Assembly (NCBI RefSeq): GCF_030684315.1
Contig: NC_081396.1
Coordinates: 1,860,001 to 1,924,000, forward strand
From: Stegostoma tigrinum
Lineage: Eukaryota
Reading direction: 5' to 3'
Length of the DNA stretch: 64,000 nt
The position numbers and the translations under genes were made by a program. Within the stretch, counting starts at the first letter, position 1, and each line of letters starts with the position of its first letter. The notes under the pieces are model-generated. The model saw only the letters and a list, made by a program, of their open reading frames with translations, searched no databases and was not told the origin of the DNA. Below are positions 36,110 through 49,907 of this stretch, one piece after another.

Positions 36110-38400
36110 TATGTGGAAATGGAGAACAAAAGCAGAAGTTGCTGGAAAAGCTCAGCAGGTCTGGCAGCATCTGTGAAGACAAAGAAAATCAGACGCGTCC
36201 GATGACCCTTCCTCAGAACTGATGGTAGTTGTGGAAGCCATCAGTATATAAGCAGAAAATAGGGAGAGAGATTGGGTAATTAATAAAGGACAGAATCAAG
36301 TATAGAGACTGAAGAGAGAGAAGAGCAGTTGGATAGATGAAGGAGTTGATAACGATCTGGCTGGGAGGGTGAAAGCTGTCATTCTGACTATTAGTGTCTA
36401 ACAATAGATAGTACATAATTGCAGGCTACGTGTTAACAAGGTCTGGTGTGTGGGCGACGGATTTTTGACTTGGGAGAGCATAAACGCTAAAACTATTGAA
36501 CTCAATGCTGTGTCTAATGGGCTGCAGGGTCGACAAGCATAAAATAAGGTGTTGTTTTCCAACTTGAGTTGAGCTTCGATGGAATACTCTAGCAAGTTGG
36601 AAACAGAGACATTGGTCAGGAAACAGGAGGGTGCATTAAAGTAGCAGACAACATAAGATCTAAGAACTAGGAGCACGAGTAGGCTGTTTGGCCTTGAATG
36701 CTCCGTCATTCAATAAGATCATGTCTGATCTTATCATGGACTCAGATCCATTTAACCACGTTCTCACCATATCCCTTGATTCCTTTATCGTTCAAAAAAA
36801 AACTACTTAGCTTTAAAAACGTTTACTGAAGTAGCGTCAACTATTTCACTGGGCAAGGAAATCCAAAGATTAACAACTCTCCTAGCGAAGACGTTCCTTC
36901 TCAATTCAGTCCTAAATTCTGACAACTGAAAGCTCTGGATCCTTTTATTTTTGGATGCTGAAATTAGAGGGTCGGCGATGCATTCACCCAATCAACTCTT
37001 CATTTTGTAAATATAGATGAGATTGCATTGTGAGCAGCGAATACTGCAGACTGTATTCTGCAAAGTGCAGGTGAAGTTACACTTCACCTGGAAGTTAGAT
37101 TTACCTCTTGGATCATGGGGAAAGAAGGGATAATTTGGCAGATGTTGCACAATCGCCATCGCGCTGTGGGGGTAATTGGGAGTGAAGAAAAAGTGGACCA
37201 TGTAGTCCCGGAGGCAATGTCACGTTTGGAACGCAGATCAGGGAGGGGAGGGGATTATGTGTCTTGTGGTGTCATCTCGCTGGAGACTGTGGAAGTTGCG
37301 TCTGATGACCTCCTGGATGTGGACTCTGGCGAGATGGTAGATAAGGACAGGGGGAACAATATCACTGTTGCGGAATGGAAGGGAGGATTTGAGGGCAGAC
37401 TTGTGGAAGATGGTTCTGACCCAGATGAGGGCCCTGGTGGTAATGGTGTTGGAGAATCCGAAGTTGAGGAAGAAGGTGCATATTACAGCAACTCGTTTGG
37501 ATATTAGAGTGCATTGTATCCCCAGAAGTGGAAGCAGAAATTCGACGATAGGACGGGAGGAGTCAAATACTGACCAGTTTTAAGTGAGGGTAGGGTAGAA
37601 ATTGGAAGCGAAATTGAAGATTTTTTTTTCCAATTCTAGACAGGAGACAGAAGCAGCACCGATTATATCATCGATGTATCAGAGAAAGAGTCATAGGTGA
37701 GGGCCGGAATGGGACTGGAATAAGAAACGTGTTAAATAATCTTCATAGAAATAGTGTTGGCTATAGTGAACGCAGTTATGCATTTCCAATAATCTGACCT
37801 GAAAAAAATGCAACGAGCTAAATTGAAGTTATTGAGAAGAAGGACGAGCTCGCAAAGCGGAGCAGAATGGTAGTGGGTGGGATCGTTTCATGCCTTTGCT
37901 CCAAAAAGAAGCAGAGAAACCTAGAACCCCTCTGGTGGTGAATGTACATGTAAAGTAATTGCACGTCCATGGTAAAAACTAGAAGTCTGAAGCCTGTAAA
38001 TTGAAAATTTTGACACAGCGTAAAGTGTCAGAGGAATCATGGACATACGTGGAGAGAAGACTTAGTGAAGGTAGGAAGAGATCAGTTCTGTGGGGCAGGA
38101 GCAGTTTGAAACAAAGGTTCTGCCGGCTCAGACCTGTTTGTGTATTTAAAGGAGGAGATGGAAGCTAGCTGTGTGCGACTGGGCAAGTTTCAGCTTAGGG
38201 GTTGTGCCGGGGAGGTGACCAGAATAAATGAGATCAGTTACCATAGTTGATGCAGAGGTCGGATATTTCAAGGTGTGATCATGGCTCAGGGAATGGAGGA
38301 GGAGGTTTCTGAAAGCTGACGCCAAGGCTCTGCAACGTAAATATCAGTATACCAGACTACATCAGCACCACCCTTATTGGCAGGCTTACTTACAAAAAAA
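36110..38400 (-). mobile_element. Decayed Penelope-like retroelement with a nested CR1 fragment
   Basis: FQVKCNFTCTLQNTVCSIRCSQCNLIYI (GIY-YIG) on the minus strand; CR1 tail at ~36655-36925. Confidence 0.7.
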
Positions 38401-39804
38401 CACGTTTAGACCTCACAGGTAAAAATAACTGCAGATGACAGTGTGGAGCTGGAAGAACATGGCAGTCCAGGCGGTATCAGAGGAGCATGAATGATGACGT
38501 TTCCGGTCGGGGTTTTTCTTTTCTGAGGAAGGGTCTCAACGTGAAATATCAACTTTCACATTCCACTGATGCTGCCTGCCCTATTGGATTCGATTAGGAC
38601 TCCCTCTGTCCCCAGTTTCCAGCCCGCGATTTTTCAAACAAGAGTTGCTTCTTGGAAGTACGTTCAAGGCTATTCTAGGCTCACATAAACTCCTGCACTG
38701 GGCTCCGACGCTCGACTTGTCTCCAGGATTCACCTTCCAGGGGAGTTGGAGTCAGAATGCTCGCCGTTCTCACCAGTCGAACTTGTCTCTAAGTCTGGCT
38801 TGGCATCGGGCCCCCTCACACCCAAAGCTGTGTCGGAAACTCGACTCCAGAACTCTTTTTCCGCACTGGCATGGTCTCTGTCACGTCTCCCGTACTGGTC
38901 TGGACTGACGTTCACTTCCTCCTTTCTGTATTCCCTGAAGGCAAGGTTAAGAAGTTAAAAGTTGTTGGGAGAGGGTGGAAAAAAACTACAGAAAAGTGAA
39001 GAGAAAAGAACGGCAAAAATGAAAAGGAGTTGGTGAAACAGAGGTGATCTGCCTGGAGCGAACTACTGTGCCGCCATCTTATACTGAAAACTCTGCTTGT
39101 TCCAGGTGTGTTCCCTTTTTGCTTCTCATGAAGGGACACTGCACTCGAAATGTTGGATCTGCTTTCCCTCCACAGGCGAAGCCAGACTTCTTGAGTTTCT
39201 GCAGCAATTTCTGCTTTGTTTCAGATACACAAAATGCGCACTTCTTTGCTTTACCTTAACCTGATGCTGTGTTGTTTATCAATAGAGTAAAACTCTTGTT
39301 ATTGTTCTTTGTTTGCTTGGATGATTTTCTTCCCACCAGAATGCACAGCTTCATGAAAAGCTGGAATGGATGGAAGATAGGTGTACGGGCAATGAAAGAC
39401 AATGAGTTTGATAAAATGAACTGAATGACATAAACGTTCACTGAGGAAGAGAATGGAGAAAATAATTCCACAGCCGTGTGTCTCTACAAAAGTTAACAAA
39501 GATCATCTGTGCATCTCTGGTGGGAAGTCAGCCAAAGCATAATCCATCAAAAATTCGGTCTGATTAGTCATTGTGTAGAATGTGACTGAGGATCTCCACT
39601 GGCATTACGCCTTTACTTCTTTGAGAGACATGTTTCAGATTAAGGAACGCACTGTCAGCTTTGTTAAATACAAGCCGGTCGATATTAATTATTTTTTTTG
39701 ACTGACCACTAGACTGTGCGGTTTATGCCTGAAACATCGACCTTTGAGGCGAACGCGACACGTAAACAGACTTATGCGGTGCAGCAGCTGCTTGCTGTGA
39801 AGGG

Positions 39805-39830
39805 AGTGACATCAGGCGCCGTCAGCCAAT
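39805..39830 (+). promoter_or_regulatory. V-gene promoter: decamer AGTGACATCA and CCAAT box
   Basis: AGTGACATCA at 39805-39814, CCAAT at 39826; same position as in copy 1. Confidence 0.65.
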
Positions 39831-39925
39831 GATCTCATGACTTCTTTTTTCTCTCTCTTATTTGATCATATGCAGTTGCAGATTTGTATGACACAATGAA
39901 AACCCATGGAATCAGAGCAGCAGCC

Positions 39926-39971
39926 ATGCAGTTCCCCGCTTTCATGCTGATCTCGTTGGCATTCATTGTCG
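39926..39971 (+). CDS. Leader exon of intact TCR V gene, family A copy 3
   Basis: MQFPAFMLISLAFIV plus 1 nt, GTAAG donor; an additional in-frame ATG lies at 39896. Confidence 0.9.
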
Positions 39972-40756
39972 GTAAGAAGTTTTACACTGATGGAAAGGGT
40001 TCAATTTCTCCAACAATAAGCGTGAGCCAAACGAGTATTTTTTAAACAACGTATGAGACATTGATTGCATTACACTCAGGCTATTTTGAACCGGTTTACT
40101 CTATACCTATCATGAAGAAGAAAGGGACACACAGTGTTTAAAAGAGCAATTAGAGTGATGATCCCAGTCTAACAGTATAATCGCTTTCGGAACGGGCGAT
40201 CTACCCTGTGATGCTTCAGCAAAGTCATAATAGTGATCCAATAGGAAACCTAAGTGAATCGTATTTTCCCTTTAGAATATGGAAGTCGGTGGCTTAAGGA
40301 GTGTGTGAATTAAACGATAACATCATGAAGGGGACATCAGCTGAACAGATGATGAAGAGATGGAAAGCTGGACATGCAGTGAAAATTAGAATATGGGTGA
40401 ACATGGATTATCGTGTGGATTGCCTACACAGACATTGGCCAGTTTCTTTCCTGAATAAGGTGTGGCGTTAAATAGAAAACAAGAACAACAAAATAAAACA
40501 AAATACTGGGAAAACTCCACATGGCTGGCAGCATCAAGGACAGAACAGAATTAAATCAAATTCTGATCCTTTAAGTTATCTTCAGAATTGAGTTTGCTGG
40601 CAAACGGAGTTGTTTGTGTTCTGTTTTCTCATTTTGCGTTCAAATTCATGCCTAATTTCATTTTGCAGCAAATGTGAGCTTTTTTTAACTGTCAGTTCGA
40701 ACTTTGTGTGGAACATTTATTCAATTATTCTTGCTTTCTCCAACCATGCCTTCCAG

Positions 40757-41060
40757 ATTTGACCAATGGAATTTCTGTCACGCAATGGGATTCATCACTC
40801 ACGGAAATACAAGGAGAGGATGCCTATTTAACCTGCGCCTATACGGGTAATGTTTATGAATTGTACTGGTACCGCCAGTACCCTGGCAGAAAGCCCGAGT
40901 TCGCAGTCTGGATGGTGGAGAGCAGTGGTTCTGCATATAAGTCAGATTTTGCTCAAAATCGGTTTTCCAGCAGAGTCCAGCGGTCAGAAAAGTTATACCG
41001 ATTGACGATCTCAGAGCTGTTGCTGTCTGACTCCGCCCTCTACTTCTGTGCAGCGAGAGA
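40757..41060 (+). CDS. TCR alpha/delta-type V exon, family A copy 3 (intact ORF)
   Basis: Acceptor cttccAG; DLTNGISVTQWDSS...LTCAYTGNVYELYWYRQYPGRKPEFAV...SDSALYFCAAR. Confidence 0.93.
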
Positions 41061-41099
41061 CACGATGATGGGAAAGAGTGAAAGACTCGTACAATAACT
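41061..41099 (+). other. Recombination signal sequence, 23-bp spacer
   Basis: CACGATG + 23 nt + ACAATAACT. Confidence 0.9.
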
Positions 41100-42094
41100 G
41101 CTGCTGGTTTCTGGGCTACACCTGCTGCCTGCTGTAATCTGCTTACAGTGGGATTTCCCACAGCAACGCTGTTGTGCATTTCCAGTGAGGCAAAACTACG
41201 AGCATAACTCACACACATAATTTCAAATCATTTACATGAACGATTGTATCTGACGTTGGCAACGACTGGATAAAGGAACAAACGACTGTTGTCTATTCAG
41301 GGAACTCCAAGAATTCGCATCTGCCAGGTAGAAAGCAAATGCTACAGGTGGATCAATGCCTGTACTGGCCTAGCACTTTCAGAGAGAGAAAGAAAAATAC
41401 AACTCTCTGCAAAGGAACAAACAGTTTTATTTGAAAGTTCAGTTTAGTGTCGGCACTGAAGCCTGCCCAGTGAATGTTCTAATAATTCACATACACTGAT
41501 TACAGATCTCCCAATGTTAAAATAACTTACACATGTTAATTCCAAGTACAGATGGTATTAGCTGGTGTAACGGGCATTTAATCATGATAGAGTGAGAAGC
41601 GAATCACAGGGATGAAAACAGATGTGACTTGTGATACAGGTCTGGTGAGCTTCATGTTCTCGAACTGTTGTTGGGTGAACAAGAAATAGACTGAGGTCAA
41701 AAGCCGAACTGAAATCATACCAGAAAGATTGAATTTTTTTTTTTGGAAATCTACAGGAATCAGATAAAGCTGTTAGCGCTGTTGTTATTTTAGAATGCAA
41801 CCTGCAGGTATCTGTAGATGTTGCTTTGTAAAACTTTTTTTACCGGATAAAGCACAACGTTAGAAATTGTAGACTCGAAAGTAACTGGATAACAATGGCT
41901 TTAATTTATATGGTATACATTTACTAGCAACATACTTGATATCATAATCTATTCAACGTATGTGAGGAGAGAAAACTTTGCCCAGTGCTGCACCTGTGTT
42001 TCTCTCTTTGGCAACTACTTTGGCTTAATTGGATTCAGCGCATTCTGGTATAAATTTCGGAAGAGAATGTTCCTACTGACTCTGACAGGAACAA

Positions 42095-42649
42095 TGTTTT
42101 AACACGGGGTCACTTCTGTTTCCAATCAATGTGTCTCTCAGCCCGCAGTAATACATTGCATTGTCGGCAGCAGCAGCTCATCAATGGTGAAATTCCCCTC
42201 AGTTGCCCAAGCCTCCAAACATGCCGAACAGCAAAATCCAATGCCTTTTGCTCTGGTGATCTTTTCATATTTCGTGATGTAGATTGAGATTGTTGTAGAT
42301 TGACCTGGGTACCGAGAATGCAGTTGAAATGTAAATGAATCCGTTCTGTTTGAACAGTGGAAATGAATGTTCGCTGCATTTTTTTTTCCTTCGGTATCAC
42401 TGTAACCGGCTCTAGTGAGATCGAGACTGCAACACTAACACCTGAGAAAATTAAAAATGACAACGAATAAAAGCATAATAAAAATCAATGTTGTCTGATT
42501 CAGTTCATATATTGCAGTGCTCGGCGCCACTGGCAAAAAAAAAGTTTGCTCCACCCATATTCCATGCACGAGAATATTTTGCTGCTCAGAAAATCACCAG
42601 TTAGGAAAACTGTAACAGTTAGGAATGAGTAGATGGTAAAATCCGACTT
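42095..42649 (-). pseudogene. TCR V pseudogene family E, copy 3
   Basis: Leader start mutated ATG>AAG; frameshifts; GNFTIDELLL / DNAMYYCGLR; CACATTG + 23 nt + GTTAAAACA. Confidence 0.88.
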
Positions 42650-43348
42650 GTTTAGAAAGCGAATGGTGGGCTTGAAAATGGGAGGTAAGGTTGAATATTC
42701 TCCCCTGAGCGCTGATGACGGCGTTAAGCTAAATTGTTTCAGCTGAGATTTTGGAAGAAGTTGAGTCACATTCGAAATCACTGCTGATTGGTTCGTTTCT
42801 GGGGGGGGGGGGTGCACCACGCAACACCCAATCAACTCACAATGCTTCTGTTCGGAAGTCAATAGCGTCAGAGAATTGGTCACAGAAACACGTAATCCTT
42901 AGTTCAGTAAAGCATTTGGTCCTTTCAGCCTGCTCTGACATTTCATAGGATAATTTGCAACTTGTAAAGCATCCACCCTCCCGCATAACCTCGGAACCCC
43001 TTTCCCTTAAGATCACAACACTGTTATCACGCTCTGATATAAACGAAAAATACTGCTTTCCTCTGATATAACAGAACGACGAAATGGGAATCAACGCCCA
43101 CGCAGGTTCTCAAAAGTGTCAACACTTGAGTTTGGCCAGTGATAGGAATCAATGAAAGTTGTTGTCGTTTGATTGCCACAGACTGCGTTAAAAGCGTTGT
43201 ATCATAAACAAACGAGACGACAGAGAAGGATTCTATCGGGAATGTTACTCATGGAAAAAGATCTGTGTAAAAGCTGTCTGTTCTAACTTTTGACAAAGTT
43301 AGATCACTGGTCCGAGCCAGGGAGGTCGTGTGTTAAGATTTTCATGTT

Positions 43349-43818
43349 TTTTTTTTAACGGACTGAATTTGCCTCTCTGACGATGTGGGTATCAATGCGC
43401 GGTAGAGTGAATAACAAGTGTGCTGGCTGTTTTTTATGGAACTGCGTTCTTATCGTGGTCCAGATTAACGGAAGACTGGCCAGAAAACCCTAGAAACGAG
43501 CGTATGTTTCCCTTCCTGAATCTTTTCAGCAAATGTGTTAAAGTTGCTCTAGGATTGAGGATTTACCAGAGAGCCCACCACACTTTGTTGTCTTGATGCT
43601 ATTCAATCTTGGGGACTGTCCATCATGAGTTTTCAATCGAAGAAGGCCTTGGGAAGCTTATCTTTGGCCACCCGTTTCTGTAACAAACATTATAACGTAT
43701 AATCAATACATGTGTAAAAATAAACAAAAAAGACCAACAAAACACATAATGGCAAATTCAGCTCCCACTCACTGGGTAGCATGAGCACTGTTATCGGGAA
43801 ATCACGCAGTGAATGCAC
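43349..43818 (-). pseudogene. TCR V pseudogene family F, copy 3
   Basis: 46-nt leader with GTGAGT donor; ...LYRALIP; CACATCG + 23 nt + TAAAAAAAA. Confidence 0.65.
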
Positions 43819-44049
43819 TGATCGACTGTAAACAAAGCATGATTTAAAAAGTTGGATCTTACAGTCTTATATCATTGACTGAGACCAGATTAGCGGCAGG
43901 CTTTACACACTGAGAAAATCAGCGGCATTGCTCCAAGCCACAACAGTCTGGTTCTGCCGATGTGATGTTAACTATGGACCAACCACCGTTGGTGAAATAA
44001 TTAACACAAGTGGTTCTCTGCAATCTGCTTGTTTCTGAGTCTTCCTCAA

Positions 44050-44550
44050 CAATACTCCCTACTTGCCTGGATGAGTGCAGCCCCAGAAACACTTAAGAAG
44101 ATGGAACCATCCAGGACAAAGCGCCCTGCTCGATTGGTACTACATCCACAAATATTCACTCTCTCCAGATTCGATGCTCAGTAGCAGCGGTGTATACTGT
44201 CTATTAGATGCACTGCAGAAATTCACCAAAAATCCTCAGATAGCATCTTCCAAACCCATGACCACTTCCATCTGGAAGGACAAGGCCAGCAGATGTTTGG
44301 GAAGGCCATCAACTCCAAGTTCCTCTCCAAGTCACTCACCATTCTCTCTTGGAAATATATCACAGTTCCTTCACTGTCGCTGAGTCAAGAATCTGGATTT
44401 CCCTCCCTAACAGCATTGTGGGGCAACCCACAGCAGGAGGTCTGCAGTGGCTCAAAATGACAGCTCGCAACCAGCTTATGAAGGACAACGAGTGATGGGC
44501 AAGAAATGCTGGTCAGCCAGCTACACCTACATCCCACAAATGAATAATAA
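44050..44550 (+). mobile_element. LINE (CR1/L2-like) 3' fragment, insertion specific to copy 3
   Basis: Absent at the homologous site near 24290; typical LINE-tail end ACATCCCACAAATGAATAA. Confidence 0.55.
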
Positions 44551-46640
44551 AGATAACATCTTGTTCTATCTCATATTTTCGGATATTCAGTCTCATTTTC
44601 TCTTTAACTAGACATTGTGAATTGGAAGTATTAGTCATTAGTGAAAGAGATTCCCAATTAATTATGATCTGAAAAAAAAGTAAATTCTTGCACAAATACA
44701 TACTAATTGAGACTACGTCTTTTGAAATACTCCCCCAACTCATTCTAGATTATTCAGCAAGGATCGATTGCCTGCTCAGTATTTGCATGATCAATCCCTC
44801 CCAGAATCTTACATGCTGTCAGTCTCGAACCAAATTTTCATATATCGTCTGAGGCAGAGGTATTTGAAGTGTAATCAAGAGAATAGAGAGAGAGAGGATC
44901 CCATCTTGATTGGCCACAAATGTACAAGCAGCACGCTTGGATTAAAGAAAGATGTTTTACAGAATCTATCGGAGTGCCAGGCAGAAGATTATGACGCAGA
45001 ATGTCAATGATCATACTGAATCTTTTGCTTAGTCCTGGGCTGCATGGAATGGAAAAACGTTAAAAAAAAAGACAGTTTGTAGAAATGCGTGCTTTGCTGA
45101 ATGGGTGATGTGGGAGAAGTCAAGCAACAGCACCAGCACAGGGGAATGTCTAATTTTCACGATGAGACAACATCAATCTAAATGACGTCAAGACTTTTGC
45201 AAATGCAAATGACATAACTAGCGTGTACAGAAATTTCAAATTAATGAAGTAGGGTAAGTATTTTTTTTATAGAAAACATGGCAAATCAAAGAGTCGGAAA
45301 ACCATTTTAATATTACAAAATGTCGATTTGATCTTGGCATAAGGGTGTCGAGAGCACAATTTTAAGAAAAAAGGGGCAAGACAAAAGGATGAACAAAATC
45401 TATAAGGTGTTCAGTGTCCCTGAATCTGAATGCCCATTATATTCACAGTGGAGCTGGTAAACTAAATGGGCCAATAAAAATAATTAATATGCACAATCTC
45501 TTAGCTTTTACAGAGAAACCTCTAATAAAGAGATATATGGAACGATACCAGAACGTGAAAGGTTAGAGCAGATTTCTGAGGACAGGAACATAATGGAGGA
45601 TAGCTAATTATTTAAATGTACCTTTTAGAGCAATAGACGGAATGACCTAATTAAATCAACCTAAAATGTACAACACGATTGGGTGGATATTTGGAATTAT
45701 AAAAGAAAAAAAAATGTGGGCGTTATGTCAAACCCATCCCCCACCTCTCGACAGGAAGTAGGTGCAGCATAAAGTTAGAAATAATGTTCACTTTTCAGAA
45801 GTGCGACACGATCACGAGATATCTTATTCCACATTTATATGGTGTCAGTCAGTCAAGGATAGTACAAGATGAGCTCATAGATTTTTTTCCCAATATCATC
45901 TATTTTAAAAGCTTGTTGTGAAGTCGAACAGGAGAGGCTTGGCAATGTGTAAGGCAATCGGAGTAAACAATGGCCTCATCTTGAAGGCATCAATGGGAAC
46001 CAGTGATCAGATGATGTCGAACATCACATTAAAGTTTATGGAGACGCTCCTTTATCTTAACGCATGGCTTTTGAGCAATTTCACTTGTTTTACGGCAAAT
46101 TCGCGCTGTTTGTAAAGAAATACATGGACGTCGCATTGTGGAATTTTGGCCAAGATCTTTGTGGCATGCCTTACTTCTCTTAATATCAGTATCAGAGCTC
46201 AGGGGCATGCCGATTGTTATTGTGTTTTATTTACAGTACTATTAAACATGGAGGGAAAGCCACTTAGAAATTCAGAAATTCATGTTCCCGTTCACTCCAT
46301 CCAACCTACATGGATGCAGATTATATCAGAACGAATATGAATATTTGTGTTTTCAAGGTTTATTGCATTGTTTCATCGACTTCCTCTTCAACAATCATAC
46401 CAAAAATTGGATATTACGTTATTTCCTCCAGCACCAGTAACCAAATATATTAGTGATATCAACAATTAGGACGAGGTTCATTTCGATCCATATAATCATC
46501 TTTACCATTCTTACAGATTTTGCACGAGGTGTGGGGAGAGTAGAGTTTTACAGTGAAAAAGTATCCTCTCTGTCGTGAGTTAATGATGTGGATTGGTTTA
46601 GAGACGATCTTGTTTGATACTTCTTGAGCCTATCTGTCTT

Positions 46641-47209
46641 TGTGAATCTGTAATTTAGCAACAGGCAGAAGATGGCCGCTGGTGCAAGTTAGCAACTCAA
46701 TGGCTTCCAGCCCGGGAACTGTAAATTCTGCATAATCGGCTCTTTTCGCCTAGGAACTTTGAATTATGCTAGGGCTGCATCATAAATAACGTTGTAATGA
46801 TAAGCTAATGCAGTACCAGCCATTCTAGCTGACCTTCAGTAGCAAATGTTATGGCACTGTATGGTGAGACAAAAAAAAGTAACCTGAGCATTGTGACATT
46901 AGTTTTTTAACCAGTTAATACTATTGGATTAATAACTGTCAATGACGTAACATCATGTATTGATTGAACACACTATGCGATCACGCCATGTACCCTGCTT
47001 TAAGAAAAAATATAAAATGTCTTTGTATTAACCTGTGGTGTGCAGTTCCTCCAAGAGGTACGGGCATGCTCAACTTCTGTGAATCCGGATAATCTGTACC
47101 CCGCCTTGAGAAGAAACTAAAGAGCCAGGCTTTGAAGAGCAAGACCGACTGCGTGTGTTCATTGGCCAATTGCAGAATCAAGAGATTCCGCCCGGGTTCC
47201 AGGTTTACA
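46641..47209 (+). mobile_element. Solo LTR
   Basis: TG...CA ends, imperfect 10-bp terminal inverted repeat, 4-bp TSD TCTT, TATAAAA; empty site in copy 2 near 26818. Confidence 0.75.
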
Positions 47210-49138
47210 TCTTTAGAGCAGGCAACATTCGGCTGTAGAAGAATTAGAGGTCCCTGATTCAATTTTGTTTCTGATCTAACAATGATAGGAATGGACTGGC
47301 AGAAGTAATCTCTCAGTTGAAGGATTCAGAACAGATTGCACACAACAAAAGAGAACAATGTGCTGTCAACTGCAATATTGAAAGAAAGAAGAAGGTGTTG
47401 CGATGGCTGTCGATTGCAGCAACGTTTAAGGAGCCCAAATAGTGACACTTGGATCTTGAGAATCCTGTCTACAATTTGCACTTATGTGCTGTTAACTGCC
47501 GAAGACCAACTGAAACAGGAGCACAGGTGAACAGCAGGTATAAAGTGACTCGAGTAATACAAAATCAGCGAGTTCTATAAGCATTTCAATTGTCTTCCCT
47601 GCACCTTCTTGAAAGACATATTTCCAACGTTTTTGACTTCCACATTTTCTGTAGCCCGTTTATTGTTATACTGATGGCAGTTTCCTTTCGCAGTTTAGCA
47701 TGAAAACTATTTCCCTTTTATTTTAGACTCTCTGTTTCAGATTATTTAAATTATATATTGTCATAAATAAAATTTGACTTTCAATACAATGATACTTGTC
47801 GAAAATATGATTGATTTTGATCAACCCCATCACGTGAAATCTGCCAATCAAAAGGGCACAGCTTTGAACACACAGACTTACTCTGACATTATTTTTGCTA
47901 AAATAAAAACGATGGTAACCTCATTTTCTTCTCTGAGTCAATGTGGTTGTGCCAGCTGCAATTTGTGTCTCCATATTTTCTCAACAAGCTTGAGCTATGC
48001 GATTTAACCTCTGTTGACCAGGTGAGATTTCCTGCCTCACGGATCCAGACGCGACCAGTTTACTGTTATAGCCGTAACCATTATGTTTCAAACAACATTC
48101 CCAAAGTTATTCCTCACAACCGAACTTGAACGCCGGCCTTCTGTCCTCATCATGCTTTCCCCGAACACCAAGCACTTATTCTCCTCTGCTGTTAGTTCTT
48201 TATATGCATGGTAAGTGAGCATCACTAGCGAGAACAACATTTATTGCCCTTCTCTATTTTCCAAAAGGAGAGTTGAAAGTCAACCATATTGCTGTAGGCC
48301 TGTGGTCACATGCTGACCAGACAAGGCAAGAAGGACAGTTTCCTTCCCTAAAAAATGTGCTTGAACCAGATGTATTTTCTGATCATCAGCAGTGGATTCA
48401 TGGTATGAATTGGATTCTAAAATCCAGATTTACATTGGATTCAAATGGTTGGGTTTTGAATCATTTTTGTATGTCTCTGGATTAACCACCCAGCAATAAT
48501 ACTACTCTGAGATCACATTCCACATTGCTTGGGGTTGTGAAATTCCCGTTAGCTGAAAATCAATGTTTTAATTTGTAATGTAATCACAATCAGACACAAA
48601 CATCAACAGTAATAAACTTTCAGTAAACGCTCGAAATTTAAGGGAAAGCCTTTTTGTCATGTTTCCACCTTGTTGTGATCATCAATAAATGCTGAACACA
48701 TTCATTGATGTAAGTAAACTTTATTCAATTAGATGCATCCATGAAGATAGCCTCACCAGTGTCTGATGTGACCGGAGCACCACAATCACAGGCGTGTCGA
48801 GTTGAGTGAAGTTCACAAAGCCCAGTGTTCATAAATGAGTGAGGTCATTCCTCACTGTCTATCTTCACTGAGTCACTGACTAATGGACCTGTACAGCTGC
48901 AGAAAGTGAGGCCATAACTGATCTCCCCCTATGCTGTGTTTGAGATCACAATAGGCCAGGCATCCTTAAGCTATTGAGGTCACAATGGACGTTTATCCTG
49001 CAGGATGTTCGATGACATTGAGTATGGCCCCTGCACTGTCTTGATGAGCTCATAACCATAATGAATCCGTTAAACAGAGTCCGGGTTCATACTGTTCTTA
49101 GAAATTCGTTCCCATCCAATTTTAATTTGCTGACAGAG

Positions 49139-49735
49139 ATGAACTCCGAAATGTTTTCTTTTTGAACATTTGTGTCCTTATTTCTGAGAGTCTGCATTGG
49201 GTTGTATTCAATACGTTTTACATTAATTCTTCAACGTTTGATATTGTATTTTATACAATTACAGAGGATTTTTTTCCCAAATGCAGAATAGCTCAGAAGA
49301 CGAAAGACTCCACATAATTGCTGTAGTACAAAAATGCTTGAGTGGATAATGCAAACTATTTGATACTTTACTCCTCTGGACCCATGATTGTACTATGTGC
49401 AGATCGCGTAAAGCAGACTTTGGAGATCACAGTCGTGGTTGAAGTTTATCTGTGAATTTGGATTACAACAAGAGAAACTTAAATGCAAGTTACATGCAGT
49501 GATATTTGCAGGAACCAATACACCATCCAACAGCGAATTTAATCAAAGTAGTACTATCAGAGGACGAAAAAGTTTCCGGACAATGTATATAGCACCTACT
49601 AATATCTACAATAAGCAAGGTTATGTAAGTATAATCTGCCTGAGTGTGGAAGTTATGGTGGTCTATTACTGTGTTGTGTGGATTAAAATAAAACACGATA
49701 ACCCAGGACGGCAACATGTCTGAATCACAAGTCCT
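49139..49735 (+). pseudogene. V pseudogene family G, copy 3
   Basis: ICEF / NLNASYMQ*YLQEP / NKQGYVSIICLSVEVMVVYYCVVW; heptamer-like CACGATA at 49694. Confidence 0.65.
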
Positions 49736-49907
49736 CAAAAATATTTCGCAGGTACATTCACAGTGGACTGATATTAAATTGTAATCCAGAACAGGGACAT
49801 GCATCTCTGACTGGGAGATGGTAATACTAGTTCACTGCTCAATTTGAAATGATTCCTAATGTTCAGATGTTTGTGCATGCTGCAAACGGCCCAAACAACA
49901 CCTTTCT

